The notes under the pieces are model-generated. The model ran no database searches, was not told where the DNA came from, and saw only the letters and a list, made by a program, of their open reading frames with translations. This document shows positions 1-12,330 of a stretch of 64,000 bases of DNA, piece after piece (the first letter of the stretch is position 1; each line of letters begins with the position of its first letter). A program made the translations under genes and the position numbers. The stretch lies in NCBI RefSeq assembly GCF_018977255.1, contig NW_024704742.1, positions 75,456,001-75,520,000 on the forward strand, read 5' to 3'. The DNA is from Callorhinchus milii. Taxonomy: Eukaryota.

Positions 1-433
1 CCTGCGCGGGGATGCAATCCACAACCTTCTAATTCATACGCAAGAGTGCTACAAACTGAGTTAGGCTGTCGCCTAATAGAACAATATTTCGAAGGATAAG
101 AAGTAAATACCTGAACTACTGGGAGATATAATAGTAACACAGGAACAAAAGTAGGCAATTTTGCCTGTTGAGCTTGTCTGTTATTATCTTAAATAATGGA
201 CAATCTGTAACTGAGTGCCATTTACCTGCCTTTTCTGCATATCCCCAAATTTCCTTTCTGATCAAGGTGTTACATCACAAATAATAATCCTTGCATTTGA
301 TATAGCGCCTTATCAGGTCTTCTAGATGTCTCAAAGCGCTTCGCAGAATATACTGTAATGTGAATTGACTATATATTTTGAGGCCGAAACACAGCAGCCA
401 ATTGCGCACAGCAATTACAGTCCAGTGAAAGTA

Positions 434-1213
434 CAGTGAAAGCCTGTTAAGATGGACACATTGGGGCAGACGTTTTGCTTGCCTTAAGAAGCGCCCGAGG
501 TCAGCCGAAGTTCTCGTACCTCTTCCAGCCCAGCAGAGCAGTGGTGCTTCCTCCTTCCGATTGCCATTCCCATCGGACGGGAAGGACACCAATGAGCGGC
601 GGCACTGAGATGACTGACAGTCTTGGACGCCGCTTGTAAATGTTTGTGCTCCAGCCATTCACAAGCAGCTCCAGCTGTCAATCAATCACAATAATCCCTC
701 CAAAACCAAAAACAATAATAAATTGGTCATTTTCAATCTACGACTGTTTGTGGGACATTGCTGTGCGCAATTGGCTGCCGCGTTCGCCCACAAATATACA
801 GTCAATTCACTTTACAGTGTGTTCTGTGAAGCGCTTTGGGACGTCCTTCCGATGTGAAAAGCGCTATATCAAATGCAAGGATTATTATTATTAATTTGAC
901 TCTTCCCATTCCCATCGTTGTTCTTCCCCATTCCTCACTGATTGACAGCCCAACTCTAGCCACTTGTGAATGATTGGAGCCCGCTGTCAATCAATCTTAG
1001 ATTCCTATCTCCATCCTGGAGCCGCTTGCCACACAGAAGGCCGAGTAAGTACATTCAGCATCAACCAGCACAACATTTTGCACAGATTAACAAGATTTTG
1101 TCCGAATCAACCGGCATATTTAAAATGGATAAAACAAATGAATTGGACCGGGGGTTTTGTTTGAATGATGTTGTCCGGGGTTAACTGGCATCTGCTTAAA
1201 GCGGATTTCCCTG
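434..1213. mobile_element. Tigger/pogo-like non-autonomous DNA transposon, interrupted by a SINE at about 690-894
   Basis: TA|cagtgaaagcctgttaag left end and cttaaagcggatttccctg|TA right end (imperfect TIRs, TA flanks); internal gctgtcaatca repeats. Confidence 0.55.
690..894 (+). mobile_element. 5'-truncated young tRNA/Deu/L2-tail SINE
   Basis: Near-identical to copies at 21208, 51683 and 62517; (TAT)n tail. Confidence 0.85.
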
Positions 1214-2901
1214 TATTATTATATTCTACAACCATAGGAAAGAGTCTGTCTTCATCTACTTGGCCAATTCCCTTCACTTCAACACCCTGAGCAGATCTCC
1301 CCTCAACTTCCTTTGTTTAAGAGGGTACAGCTCCAGTTTTCCAATTCTGTCTTTGTAACTAAAGATTTTTCAATTCACGCTGCACAGCCTCCAACAGGTA
1401 ATCCATCTTTTCAAATAATGTTTGAAGTAGTTAATTTCCATAAGCATGCTGAAAAGCCTTAGCGATGTACAAGCCATCATCCTGCATATAGTTGAATAAC
1501 CTTTTTCCATTCAAATGAACAGGTTTGACTATGATCACTTAAAACAAAATCCAACAATCAGTTAGGAGCATTAGTTTTAAAAATCATTTCCAAATGATTA
1601 ACATCAAGTGGTCCGAGACCTATCCAGTATGAAGGGCATCATATAAAAAATAAAATAAACAACACACTGTTGTTGCAGCACTATTAATGGACACTGGTGA
1701 AGCCTGCGCACATAGGGAGCATAGCAACAGGAAACATTTCAACTCTGTAACTGAAAAGGATAACTTCGTAGCAGTAGGAGCTGTATTAGGCACACCACTA
1801 CTAACTTCAGATAAAAGAAAATACACCTGCTGTACATTCTGAAAATCTTAAAGAACATTAAATATTAGCTAAACTAGTAACCATAAAAATGACAGACGGA
1901 ATGGGAGAAAATATAAGAAGAGATTTAAAGTTTTTTTTAATTACAGTACTTAGCAGTACAACAAGTAAATGAACTGATATCAGAGTGGCGTTATTTGCTG
2001 CAGAACAAGGTGAGCCCACATGCAGGCACAGTTTTGTTCTTTCCAGATAGTGAGGGGAAGGAAAACAGAACATCAGTTTTCCAGCTGCAGCTCTGCACAG
2101 CATGCAACAAAAACAACTTCCTTTAAAGGCAATAGCTCTAATGAAAAACAGCTCTCTAAATTTAAAGGAGCTACTGCCTTTCTTCAATCTGAACAATTCT
2201 GGTACAAATTGGAAATTTTTAAAAAATATTCTTTTATACTTTTTTTGCATTGCAACTGCACCTGAAGTAATCCTTGGCAAGATTGTACAGGGCATTCTTA
2301 ACCAATGACTATCTCAAGACCAGAATTTTGAAAGTGACATTTCAGAACAAAAATAAATGTGTGGTAAAATGTTTTCTTTTTTTAAAATATGGTCATGACA
2401 ATAGAAATGATTAGGAAAACTAACATAGCACAAATAGTTTTTAAGGTCACCAATTATTTGGGTAATTCTGAGGCAGTGTTGATGTCACCTTAGTTTCTAA
2501 TTTAGTTGTGGCTCTATAATACAGTTAAATGATAAAAAGGTAACTATTCGTAAGAAGGTCAGACTGTAAACCAGTACTGCCTAACCCATCATATAATAAT
2601 TATCGCAATAAGTAAGACAAATCAGTTAACAGTCATATCGTAATCAACAGGTTTTCACATCCAACATGAAATTCCATTCATCACTTAAAAGCTTTCAACT
2701 GAGCAAAAACTTAATAGGCTGAAATTTATTTTTTGATGCCATAATGTGTAAATATTACTATTCTCAACTGTATGTATAACACTCATGTGGGGAGTGAATT
2801 GCATAGTATTCTTTGTAAAAAGTAGGCCATCAATCATAACTTAAAAAATAAAAGATTTCTTCCAATGATTGAAATGAGAATAAAAACATTTTCAAACCTA
2901 C

Positions 2902-2987
2902 ATCTTCTGCAAGACCTGGGCCATCGCAACTCCACTTGTTAAATCATCTATTTTTGTGCATGGTGCCTGGATACCAAATGTTTGGAC
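2902..2987 (-). CDS. HOOK3: Hook protein, coding exon 2 (VQTFGIQAPCTKIDDLTSGVAMAQVLQKI); gene continues beyond window start
   Basis: ttttcctttttag acceptor, 86-bp exon, AT|gtaggt donor; in phase with exon 1. MAQVLQKI matches HOOK3 best. Confidence 0.88.
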
Positions 2988-4279
2988 CTAAAAAGGAAAA
3001 TTCAAAAAAGTATTTTAGTATAAAATATATCTACAGTTATACTATTTTGAGTCTTTTTTGAGAACAAAAATAATTGCAAAATACATTACAAGGGAACAAT
3101 CAGAACTCAAAAGAAACACTGATCTGTTAAATGGGGACAGTATATTTAACATAGCATTTACCATGGGAGTATAATTGAACCTGGACACATTTCAAAGGAC
3201 AATACTTACTCCCTCACAAGCAAGCACATTTTCTCTCAGAAACATTAAAACTGACCCAAATAAACATTTGAATTCATGACAACCAGCAGTTTTCATCAGC
3301 TGTTTAGTCCTGCTGTTTGCATGGTTTGCCATGTTTACATCATAGATCGATCAAAAATGGGGAAGATGGAGGAGATTCGTGAGCCATTTATAGAGGAGTG
3401 CTGTATAGTTATAACAATGGGAGATTAATTACCAGATGATGAACTTGGATAATGAAAATGTTAAGACAAAATAGGAAGGAGATATTAATAATGTATTCAG
3501 CACTGTTTTCTTATATTATTCCACCAGCGGCTAAATCAAATGTCAGTCTGGTTCAGTTGGTAGCATTCTTGCCTCTGGGTCAGAAGATTGTGGGTTTAAG
3601 CCGCATGTCAGGACTTTGAACTCATATACTCTAGGCAAACGCTCAAATGCAGTGGTGCCATCCTTCAGATGAAATATTAAATTAATTTATAGTTCTGCAG
3701 CCTGAAAACCGAGAGGTAAAACTATTCTCTGGAAGTTTGTGGGATGTTCTGCCCCCTAGGGGTTGTTCAGTGTTAAACAATGTCAGTTTTGTGTCAATAA
3801 TAATGTTATTGTAATATTACAGTAGGAAGGTAAACAGTGTGTCAGCCACTGGTACCACTCTCGCCTGAGTCAGAAGGTTGTGGGTTCAAGCCCCTGAATT
3901 CTTATGTTTTTATATTGGAGTACCCAATCAGGTCTGTGCATCTCCACTAACACCATACAGACACCAAGGGAGTCTTCCTCCCCAATACCCCTTGGCTCTC
4001 TGTAAAGTGGGGTGAAATATCCTCACTGAAGCAAAGGTGCTTTGTAAATGCAGGTTGTGGTGTGGGATTACATTCCCCTACTAGGATTCTATCTTCTTCT
4101 GCCAGTCGCCACTGGGGGTAAAAATCAATATTTCCCCTGTCAATGTTTGAGCAGTTTGGAGGATGGGAAAGATGTGAAATTAATGTGCCAGCACCTTCAA
4201 TGTCCTCTTGACATGAAAGGCGCTTTACTAATGTAATTTTGTTTGTTTCACTCACTGGCTGGTACCAGAGTTTAACGTG

Positions 4280-5160
4280 AATGAATAACTGCTGTTTGGT
4301 GACACTCCAGTTGAATGTCAACAAGACTGAGGCCCTCCTGCTTGGCTCCTGTTAGCGCCTCCATACCTCGGGCGCTGACAACATCACCCTCCATGGATGC
4401 ACTCAACACCTCACGGAGCCAATCCGGAACCTGTTCGACCCTCAACTGTCCTTCACCCCCCACATCCGTGCCATGACCCACTCCACCTTTCCCTACCTCC
4501 ACAATATTGCCAGGGTCCACCACGGTCTCTCACCCTAGGCTGCCAAGACCCTTATCCATGCATCCACCATATCCAGGCTCAACTACGCCAACTCCCTGCT
4601 TGTCACCCTCCGCAACTCCTCCCATCACATGCCTGCAGATCATCCAGAACGCTGCAGCCCATGTCCTCTCCTTCACCAGGCTCCGCGACCATATCACCCC
4701 CATCGTCACCCAGCTCCACTGGCTCCCCAACACAGAGGTTACAGTTCAAGATCCTGGTCCTCACCTTCCAAGACCCCACGGCCTTGCTCCTCCCCACCTC
4801 TGTGACCTTCTAACCCCTACCAACCTGTCTGTTCCCTCCACTCAGCGGCCTCCAGCCTGCTTCACATCCCCTGCCTTGCCCAATGCCCTAGTGGGGCAGG
4901 ACTTCAGCCCCTCTGATCTCACCCTCTGGAACTCCATCCCACAGTCCCTACACCTCACCCCCTCCCTTGCCTCCTTCAAGACCTGTCTCAAGACCCTCCT
5001 CTTCGACTGTGCCTTCGGTCACCCTCCTAGCTCTATCCTCCCCACCATCCACCCTCCTGATCCCAACCACCAGCTCAGGTGCGGATCACTGATTGTCCAA
5101 CGTCTTGGGACGTTCTCCTGACGTGAAAGGCGTTATACAAATGTAATTTGTTGTTGTTTT
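4280..5160 (+). mobile_element. L2-type LINE 3' fragment
   Basis: Degenerate ORF2 C-terminus (LQIIQNAAAHVL...RDHITPI..QLHWLP; LWNSIP...SFKTCLKTLLF) and (GTT)n tail. Confidence 0.85.
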
Positions 5161-5169
5161 TGAATTCAC

Positions 5170-5500
5170 ATAGTCTAACCTGACACTCCAGGGTTGTGCG
5201 GGGGCAGGGGGAGGGGGTTATATTGTCAGAGGTGCTCTCCTGCAGAGAGATATTGAAACCAAGGCCCAATCTGCCCATTCAAGTGGACATTAAATATCCC
5301 ATGGCATTATTCGAAAACAGAAGGGAGATTTTCCCAGTGTCCCAGCCAAAATCCCCCAAATGGCTCTTTGTGGGACATTGCTCTGCACAAATGGGCTGCT
5401 GTGTTCGCCTACAAATACACAGTCATGACACAGTAAATCATGTGAAGTGCTTCGAGACATTCTCCTGACATAAAAGGCACTATATCAAATGCAAGAATTC
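5170..5500 (+). mobile_element. Old Deu-domain SINE (SacSINE1-like). Related fragments near 3545, 3850, 23320-23830, 33960-34150, 35500-35930, 39380-39490, 46680-46770, 49880, 58950-59260, 60590 and 63130-63325
   Basis: aaaccaaggccc...ggacattaaatatcccatggca...gggagattttcccagtgtcc...gtgggacattgct...ggctgc motif series recalled as the Deu domain. Confidence 0.6.
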
Positions 5501-6029
5501 TTAGGATTATTATAAAGAGGGAGACCTGACTTCACGCCAGGTAATGCATCAGGGCAAACAGGTGATGTAAAGTTGGTAAACATTTGTGAAACAGCAGCTA
5601 CAATTTAACAAAATGAGAGGTCATGGTTAACATAAATAAGAAGGTTAAGAATTTAAGTGGAAAATTACTTTGTTATAAAAGGGACTTAACCCAGATAAAC
5701 AGAGCAGACAATACAGTTACCAGGGGTCACAGAAGCAAACTTGGCAATTTTTCACTTCTTCACAAAAGTGGGACGAGTCCCATAAACAACTGGAATCCTG
5801 CAAAAGACTTTAATAATGCTGAAACTGGATTGGAGAAAAAATTGGGTTTTGCTCTATTAGGCAGCATCTGTCTTCTCATCTGGAAAGTGTGGTATTTCCC
5901 ATTTTCCACTGCATTTTTCACTGCATGAGTGGTTCAATGACTTCATATAATTCATACAGAGAACTTTAGAATTCCCCCTCTTTCTCCTACGCAAAGTAAA
6001 CGTAGTGGCCATTGTACGCAAATGCAATA

Positions 6030-6235
6030 GTTTCTGATTCTTAAAGTATGTGCACTAGAACTAGCTGCCCCCAGCCAAACAGTCCCAGTACAACACGAAT
6101 ATCAAGCTGAAGATGTGGAAAATTGCCATATTCACAAAAAAAGTAAATGTGACCCAGCCAATTACCACTCTGTAATCCTCCACCTCCTCAACAAAGTGAT
6201 GGAAGGAATCATCAATAGTGCCATCAACAAGAATA
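6030..6235 (+). mobile_element. Non-LTR retrotransposon reverse-transcriptase relic
   Basis: Translates as IHKKSKCDPANYHSV...NKVMEGIIN, the degenerate 'PxNYRPISLL..SKVME' RT motif. Confidence 0.7.
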
Positions 6236-7657
6236 GCAGGATCATGGGAACATCACCACCTCAAAGTCATACACCATCCTGCATTGGACACCGATTGAGG
6301 GAAAAGCATCGGAGCAATGCCACCTTTCCGCAAGCAATGCCACATGCCAAAATCCCTTTTTCAATGGGTCCTCTTTAACAGCCCAAATTAGGTCTAAAAT
6401 TCAGTACTGAATAAAGGTAAGATATTGGATAATTGCTGGAAAAATTATAGGTAGTTTTTGCATCTGAAATGGAATGTGGATTCTCTCCCTGGCACCCACC
6501 ATACATACCTAAGTTCAAGAGCCAAGACTTGGAGACCCCAGAATATACACTGGAGTTGTGCTGGAGTTTAACCAGCTAAAAACACATAGCTTGCTATTGT
6601 CTGGCACGTTTCCCCCTGCTTGTCCAGCTTGGGCCACCCTACCTGTGAGGGTTTGTAGGGTTAGCAGGAGCTGAGTAGAAAGAATCACTGTTCCCAGTAA
6701 CTTGTTCAGTCTTTCCAAGTCCTGCTGATGAGCCAGCCTGGCTGGTCTGTCATCAGCACTGCTTTGAGTACTGTGGACTCGCTTGGCTCAGGAAGTGGAA
6801 ATACCAAGTCTACCACAATGTTCAGTTACTACACATATCACCTTGGTGCCAGCTCAATTCCAAGGAATCCCTATTTGCCCCCTCCCCCCAGGAGGATAGC
6901 TTCTTGTGGACACTTAACATAATTGCAGTCTGGAATACTGACAGTGTCTGTGACTCAGAGAGAACCTTATTGGCCAACCTTAGAAGGGCAGTGCCAAGGT
7001 AAGCTTACAGTTCTTGGTTTGATTTGTAAGGCCCTCGCCTTTCTCTACTCCCTCCCTCACACAGAGCCACTTTTAGGAACTGGACATTAAAATTGTTTGT
7101 ATCTGCTGCTTTACCATTTGCAAAGTGATGCCGTACAGTCTACCCTACCAGGTAGAATGGATCATTTAGGCCTTCGATCTACTCCAACATTTCTGCCAGT
7201 TCTTCCACTCTCCACGCAGATGCATTTTCTCTGTGGCTCTTTAGGGCAGTTGCCAACTCCGCATAATGCTCCCTCTAGACCTCAAGGATGTCCTCATGGG
7301 TCTGCTGTAGAGGACTGGACTCGTCAAACACCAACACCAGCCCAGAGAGACAATTCCAGCTATGAGTGACAACAGACTTCAGGAGAAGATTTAGGATCTT
7401 TCTTGTGTAATTATGACCCCTTCTGGAGCAATTCAAACCACTGATCTCACTTATTTTCCCTAATAACTTTCCTAACCACACATACTGTTTGTGTAAACTA
7501 CATTTGCAGCAATCCTAGCTTGCTCCAAGGAGGTTTCCAGTACCGCTTCAAAGGCCCACTTTCACCCAAATAGTTCTCCTTCCCTTTGTAGTCATAATGA
7601 GACATTAATCCAAAGTCCTGTTTGCTTGTTCAGTTGGATGTTAAATAATAATCCTTG

Positions 7658-7978
7658 ATAATAATAATAATAATCCTTGCATTTGATATAGCGCTTTTCA
7701 CGTCGGGAGGACATTCCAAAGCGCTTCACGGAAAACACTGTAAAGTGAATTGACTGTATATTTGTGGGCGAACGCGGCAGCCAATTGCGCACAGCAATGC
7801 CCCACAAACAGTCGTAGATTGAAAGTGACCAATTTATTATTGTTTTGGGTTTTGGAGGGATTATTATTAGGCTCTGTGTGGAGTAAGGAAACTTGCCCAA
7901 GGTTTCGCACTGCCTGGAATTGAACTCAGGTCTCTCGCTTGCAAAGCGAGTGCTCTAACCACTGAGCTGCAGGACTCC
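7658..7978 (-). mobile_element. Full-length young tRNA-headed SINE inserted into the tail of an older SINE (about 7998-8300)
   Basis: A-box/B-box head, body and (TAT)n tail; host tail aataataatccttg...ttgatata is split around it. Confidence 0.85.
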
Positions 7979-9134
7979 ACTTCTCAATGATGTGATGTTG
8001 ATATAACACCACATCACATTGAGAAGTCTCAAAGTGCTTCACAGAATATACTGTAAAGGGAATTGACTGTATATTTTGTGGGCAAAATGTGGCAGCCAAT
8101 TACACATAGCTGTGTCCCTGAAATTGTCATGGATTGAGACTTCTTTCTAGAGGGAGGGATTTTTACTGCCAGTAAGTGATCCACAAATTAACTGAGTTCT
8201 TACTTGCTCCTAGAGTAAGGAAGCTTGCCTAAGGTTTCACCCCACCCGGAAATGGAACCCAGAGTCCTCTCGCTTGCAAGACTGGTGCTCTAACCAATGC
8301 TCCAAGCTAAGCGCTCTGGGACGCTACCCTGCCTGAGAGGCGCTATATAAATGCAAGTTGTTGTTGTTATTAGACATTGCTATGCACAAATTGGTTGCCA
8401 CATTTACCTACAAATGCACACAATTACTATTTACAGTAAAATATAAGGAAACACTTCATAGAATTTTCCAATAAGGTGCTAATAAAGTCAAGAATTAGAC
8501 AAGATAAGGCGAGAATTACTGTGGAATCTTTAGCATCCACTTGAGCAGGTTTGACACTCTGACAAAACAACCCTAACTGGTCCTGAACTGGAGTGTCAGT
8601 CTTGCCTGTGTGCTTTAGAGTCCCAACGTGGAGTTTCTTCAACCAAGTTAAAATGACACTTAACTTTCATACTTTCATACATCACTTTCATACTTGCTGA
8701 ACAGTGAAAGAAATAAAATGCAGCGTTATTGAAAAAAAAATCAGGATCAGCAATCACGTCCATCCAAATTTTGACACTAGAATAGTTTTCTGGAGTACTT
8801 GAGAGGTCTGCTTCTCACTGTGTGATAGTTCTCGACTTTTTGCTCCTAGATTTTTAAATTATATTCTTCAGGGCTTGATCAACTGGTTGGTTGTTAAATG
8901 TTTTAACACCTCCCTATGCAATGAATATATTTTCCTGCAAAACCAGCAAAAAATTTGCATGTTCAAAGTTACAAACAGGCACACAATTCGCTCCAGTTTG
9001 CAAATATGACCAATTCAACTGTAAAGGAATTGGACTCTATGGACTTCTATAGTTCTAAAGTTCAGAACTGAATGCCACATCTTTTTACTTTGCTTTATAG
9101 CTCATCAAGAAACTCAAGACAAAGGGAAACAAAT

Positions 9135-12100
9135 AAATCATAGAATCATAGAATTATACAGCACAGAAGGAGGCCATTCAGCCCATCGTGTGTGTGCCGG
9201 CTCCTTGAAAAGAGCTATCCAATTCAATCCCACTCCCCGTTCTCGCCCCATAACTCTGCAAACTTGTCCTCCCAAAATAATTATCCACTTCTCTCTTAAA
9301 AGTTGTTATCGAATTAGCTTCCACCACCCTTTCAGGCAATGCATTCAAGATCCGAACAACTTGCTGTGCAAAAACATTTCTCCCCACCTCCCCTCTGTTT
9401 CTTTTAACAATTATTTTTAAATCGATGCCCTCCTGTTACTGACCCACCCACCAGTGGAAATAGTTTCTCCTTGTTCACCCTATCGAATCCCCTCATCATT
9501 TTGAAAACTTCTATTAAGTCTCCTCTTAACCTTCTCTGCTCCAAGGAGAATAACCCTAGCTTCTCGAGCCTCTCCTGATAACTGAAGTCCCTCATTCCTG
9601 GTACCAATCCTGGTGAATCTTCTTTGCGCCCTCTCCAATGCCTTGACATCCTTCCTAAAATGTGGTGCCCAGAACTGAACGCAATACTCTAGCTGAGGCC
9701 TAACAGTGTTTTATAAAGGTTCATCATAACTTCCTGACTTGTTCATCCTATTTATAAAGCCTAGTATCCCGTATGCTTTTTAACAGCTTTATCTACCTGT
9801 CCTGCCACCTTCAAAGATTTACTTATATGAAACCCCAGTTCTCCCTGTTCCTTCACCCTCTTTAAGATTGTACCATCAGCTTATATTGACTCCTCTCATT
9901 CTTCCTCCCAAAAATGCATCACTTCACATTTCACCACATTAGACTTCATCTGCCACATGTCTGCCCATTTTACCAGTCTGCTACTATCCTCCTCGTTGTT
10001 TACCAGTTTTCCTAGCTTAGTATCATCCTCAAACATGGAAGTTATACTCCCTATACCCAAGTCAAGCTCATTTATATAGATCAAAAACAGCAGTGGTCCC
10101 AATACTGACCCCTGAGAGACACCACTGCACACTTCCCTCCAGTCAGAAAAACTACCGTTCACCGCTATTCTCTGCTTTCTGTCTCCCAGCCAGTTCTGTA
10201 TCCATGCTGCCACTGTCCCTTTAATACCGTGGGCTTCTATTTTGCTTATACGTTTCTTATGTGGCACTTTATCAAACGCCTTTTGAAAATCCACATAAAC
10301 TACATCAACTGCACTACCTTCATCCACCCTCTCCGTTACTTCATCAAAAAACTATCAGGTTTGTTAGACATGATTTGCCTTTAACAAATCCATGTTGGCT
10401 GTCCTTTATTACCCCACATTTTTCTAAGTGAAAAATTATTTTGTCCTGGATTATAGTCTCTAGAAGTTTCCCCACTACTGATGTTAGGCTGACTGGCCTG
10501 TAGATCCCAGGTTTATCCTTCTGCCCCTTTTTGTACAAGGAGTAACATTTGCAACCCTCTAGTGCTCTGGCATCACCCCCGGTGTCCAAGTAGGATTGAA
10601 AGATTGTGGCCAGAGCCTCCGTTATTTCCACCCTTTCTTCCTTCAATAACCTAGGATGCATCCCATCTGGACGGGTGACTTATCTACCTTGAGCACCGAC
10701 AACCTTTTTAGTACCTCATCTCGGTTTATTCTTATCCAATTTCTCTATCTTCTCCTCCGATATTGATACTTGGCTGCATCCTCTTCTTTTGTGAAGACAG
10801 ATGCAAAGTACTCATTCAGTACTTCAGCCATGCCCTCTGCCTCCACAAGATTTCCTCTTTGGCCCCTAAATGGCCCCACCCTACCTTTGACTAACCTTTT
10901 ATTCTTTATATGTGTATACAATATCTTAGGGTTCCCTTTTATGTTACCCACTAATCTTTTCTCAATACAATCCCTTTGCCCCGTTTATTTCCTTCTTGAG
11001 TTCTCCTCTGTAGTTTCTATATTCTATTTGATTATCTTCTGTATTTTGGACCTGACATTTATCATAAGCGTCCTTTTTCTGTTTTATTTTAATCCCAATT
11101 TCCTTACTCATCCAGGGAGGTTTGGATGTCTTACCTTTCCCTTTTGTGGGAATGTGTTTGTTCTGTTCCTGAACTATCTCCTCCTTGAAGGCTTCCCATT
11201 GCTCGTTAGCGGTTTTACCCACCAATCTTTCTTTCCAGTCCACCTTGGCTACGTCCCTTTGTAACTCACTGAAATTAGCCCTCTTCCAGCTGAGTATCTT
11301 CATCTTTGATTACTCATTGTCCCTTTCCATAAGTACTCTAAACCTAATGATATTGTGATCACTGTTGTCCAGATGCTCTCCTACTGAAACCTCCTCAACT
11401 TGCCCCACTTCATTCCCTAGAACTAGATTCATCAGTGCTTCCTTCCTCATTGGGCTGGAAACATACGGATCCAGAAAGTCCAAGACCGACTTAGTCTGTT
11501 CTGCATTTCTCCCCCATCTAATCCCTCCTTTTTCTGGGTGACTCCTGATTACATTGCTATTCGTCTCTCCCAGTCCTCTATGTAACTTGTTTGTCCTCTC
11601 TAATGCTACATCCCAATTCCCTTCCCCCCTCAAAATTAGTTTAAACCCTTCCCCACAGTACTAGTAAACCTTTCTGCGAGGACATTGGTCCCAGGTCTGT
11701 TCAGGTGTAACCCATCCACCTTGTACAGATCCCAGATGCCCAGAACTGATCCCAATGATCCAAGAACCTGAAGCCCTCCTTTCTGCACTATCTCTCCAGC
11801 CATGCATTCATGTGTTTGATCCTGCTGTTTTGATACTCACTTGCCCGAGGCACTGGGAGTAATCCAGAGATCACCACCTTTGAGGTTCTACTCTCCTTCT
11901 GAACCTTCTGTGACTATGGGGTGTCCACTTCCTGAAACGTTTGATACATGAACTCTTCAGCCTCCCGTATGCTATGTGGTGACACCAGCCTCTCCTCGAG
12001 CTCAGAAACTCTGAGCTCAAGTTCGAGCAGCCGGAGGCACTTCCTATACATGTCTGTCTAAAGCACACAAAGCATCCTGGAGTTCCCACATGGCACACAT

Positions 12101-12330
12101 TGTGCATGCAACCGGTCTCAGCTGCCCTGCCATATTCCCAGACATGTTTTATATTATTTTAATATAAATAATATATATTTTATAATTCTGCACCTCTTTC
12201 CCCCTCTGCACCGAATTCCCACTCTCACCAAGTTCCTTAACAGAATTTTCACTCTGTTCCACCTCACTCAGTTCCCTCCTCACATTGCTGGGTTCTCTGC
12301 TGAGCCCTGAGAAGCCAAAATGATGGATTT
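9135..12330 (-). mobile_element. Degenerate, internally deleted near-full-length CR1 LINE
   Basis: (TTCTATGA)n-type tail at 9135; RT fragments (YRPVSLTSVVGKLLE, QHGFVKGKSCLTNL, DFQKAFDKVPH, GVSQGSVLGPLLF); endonuclease end (GEHLDNSDHNII); ORF1 end (DGLHLN..GTNVLA..GEGLN*) and ORF1 start MAGQLRPVACTMCAMWE at 12133. Confidence 0.9.

Noticed and set aside
1858..2308. Overlapping ORFs possibly containing HOOK exon 3
   Set aside because: No match to the expected DPxxFxExWLxRIK...NWRLK peptide on the minus strand; exon 3 probably lies outside the window.
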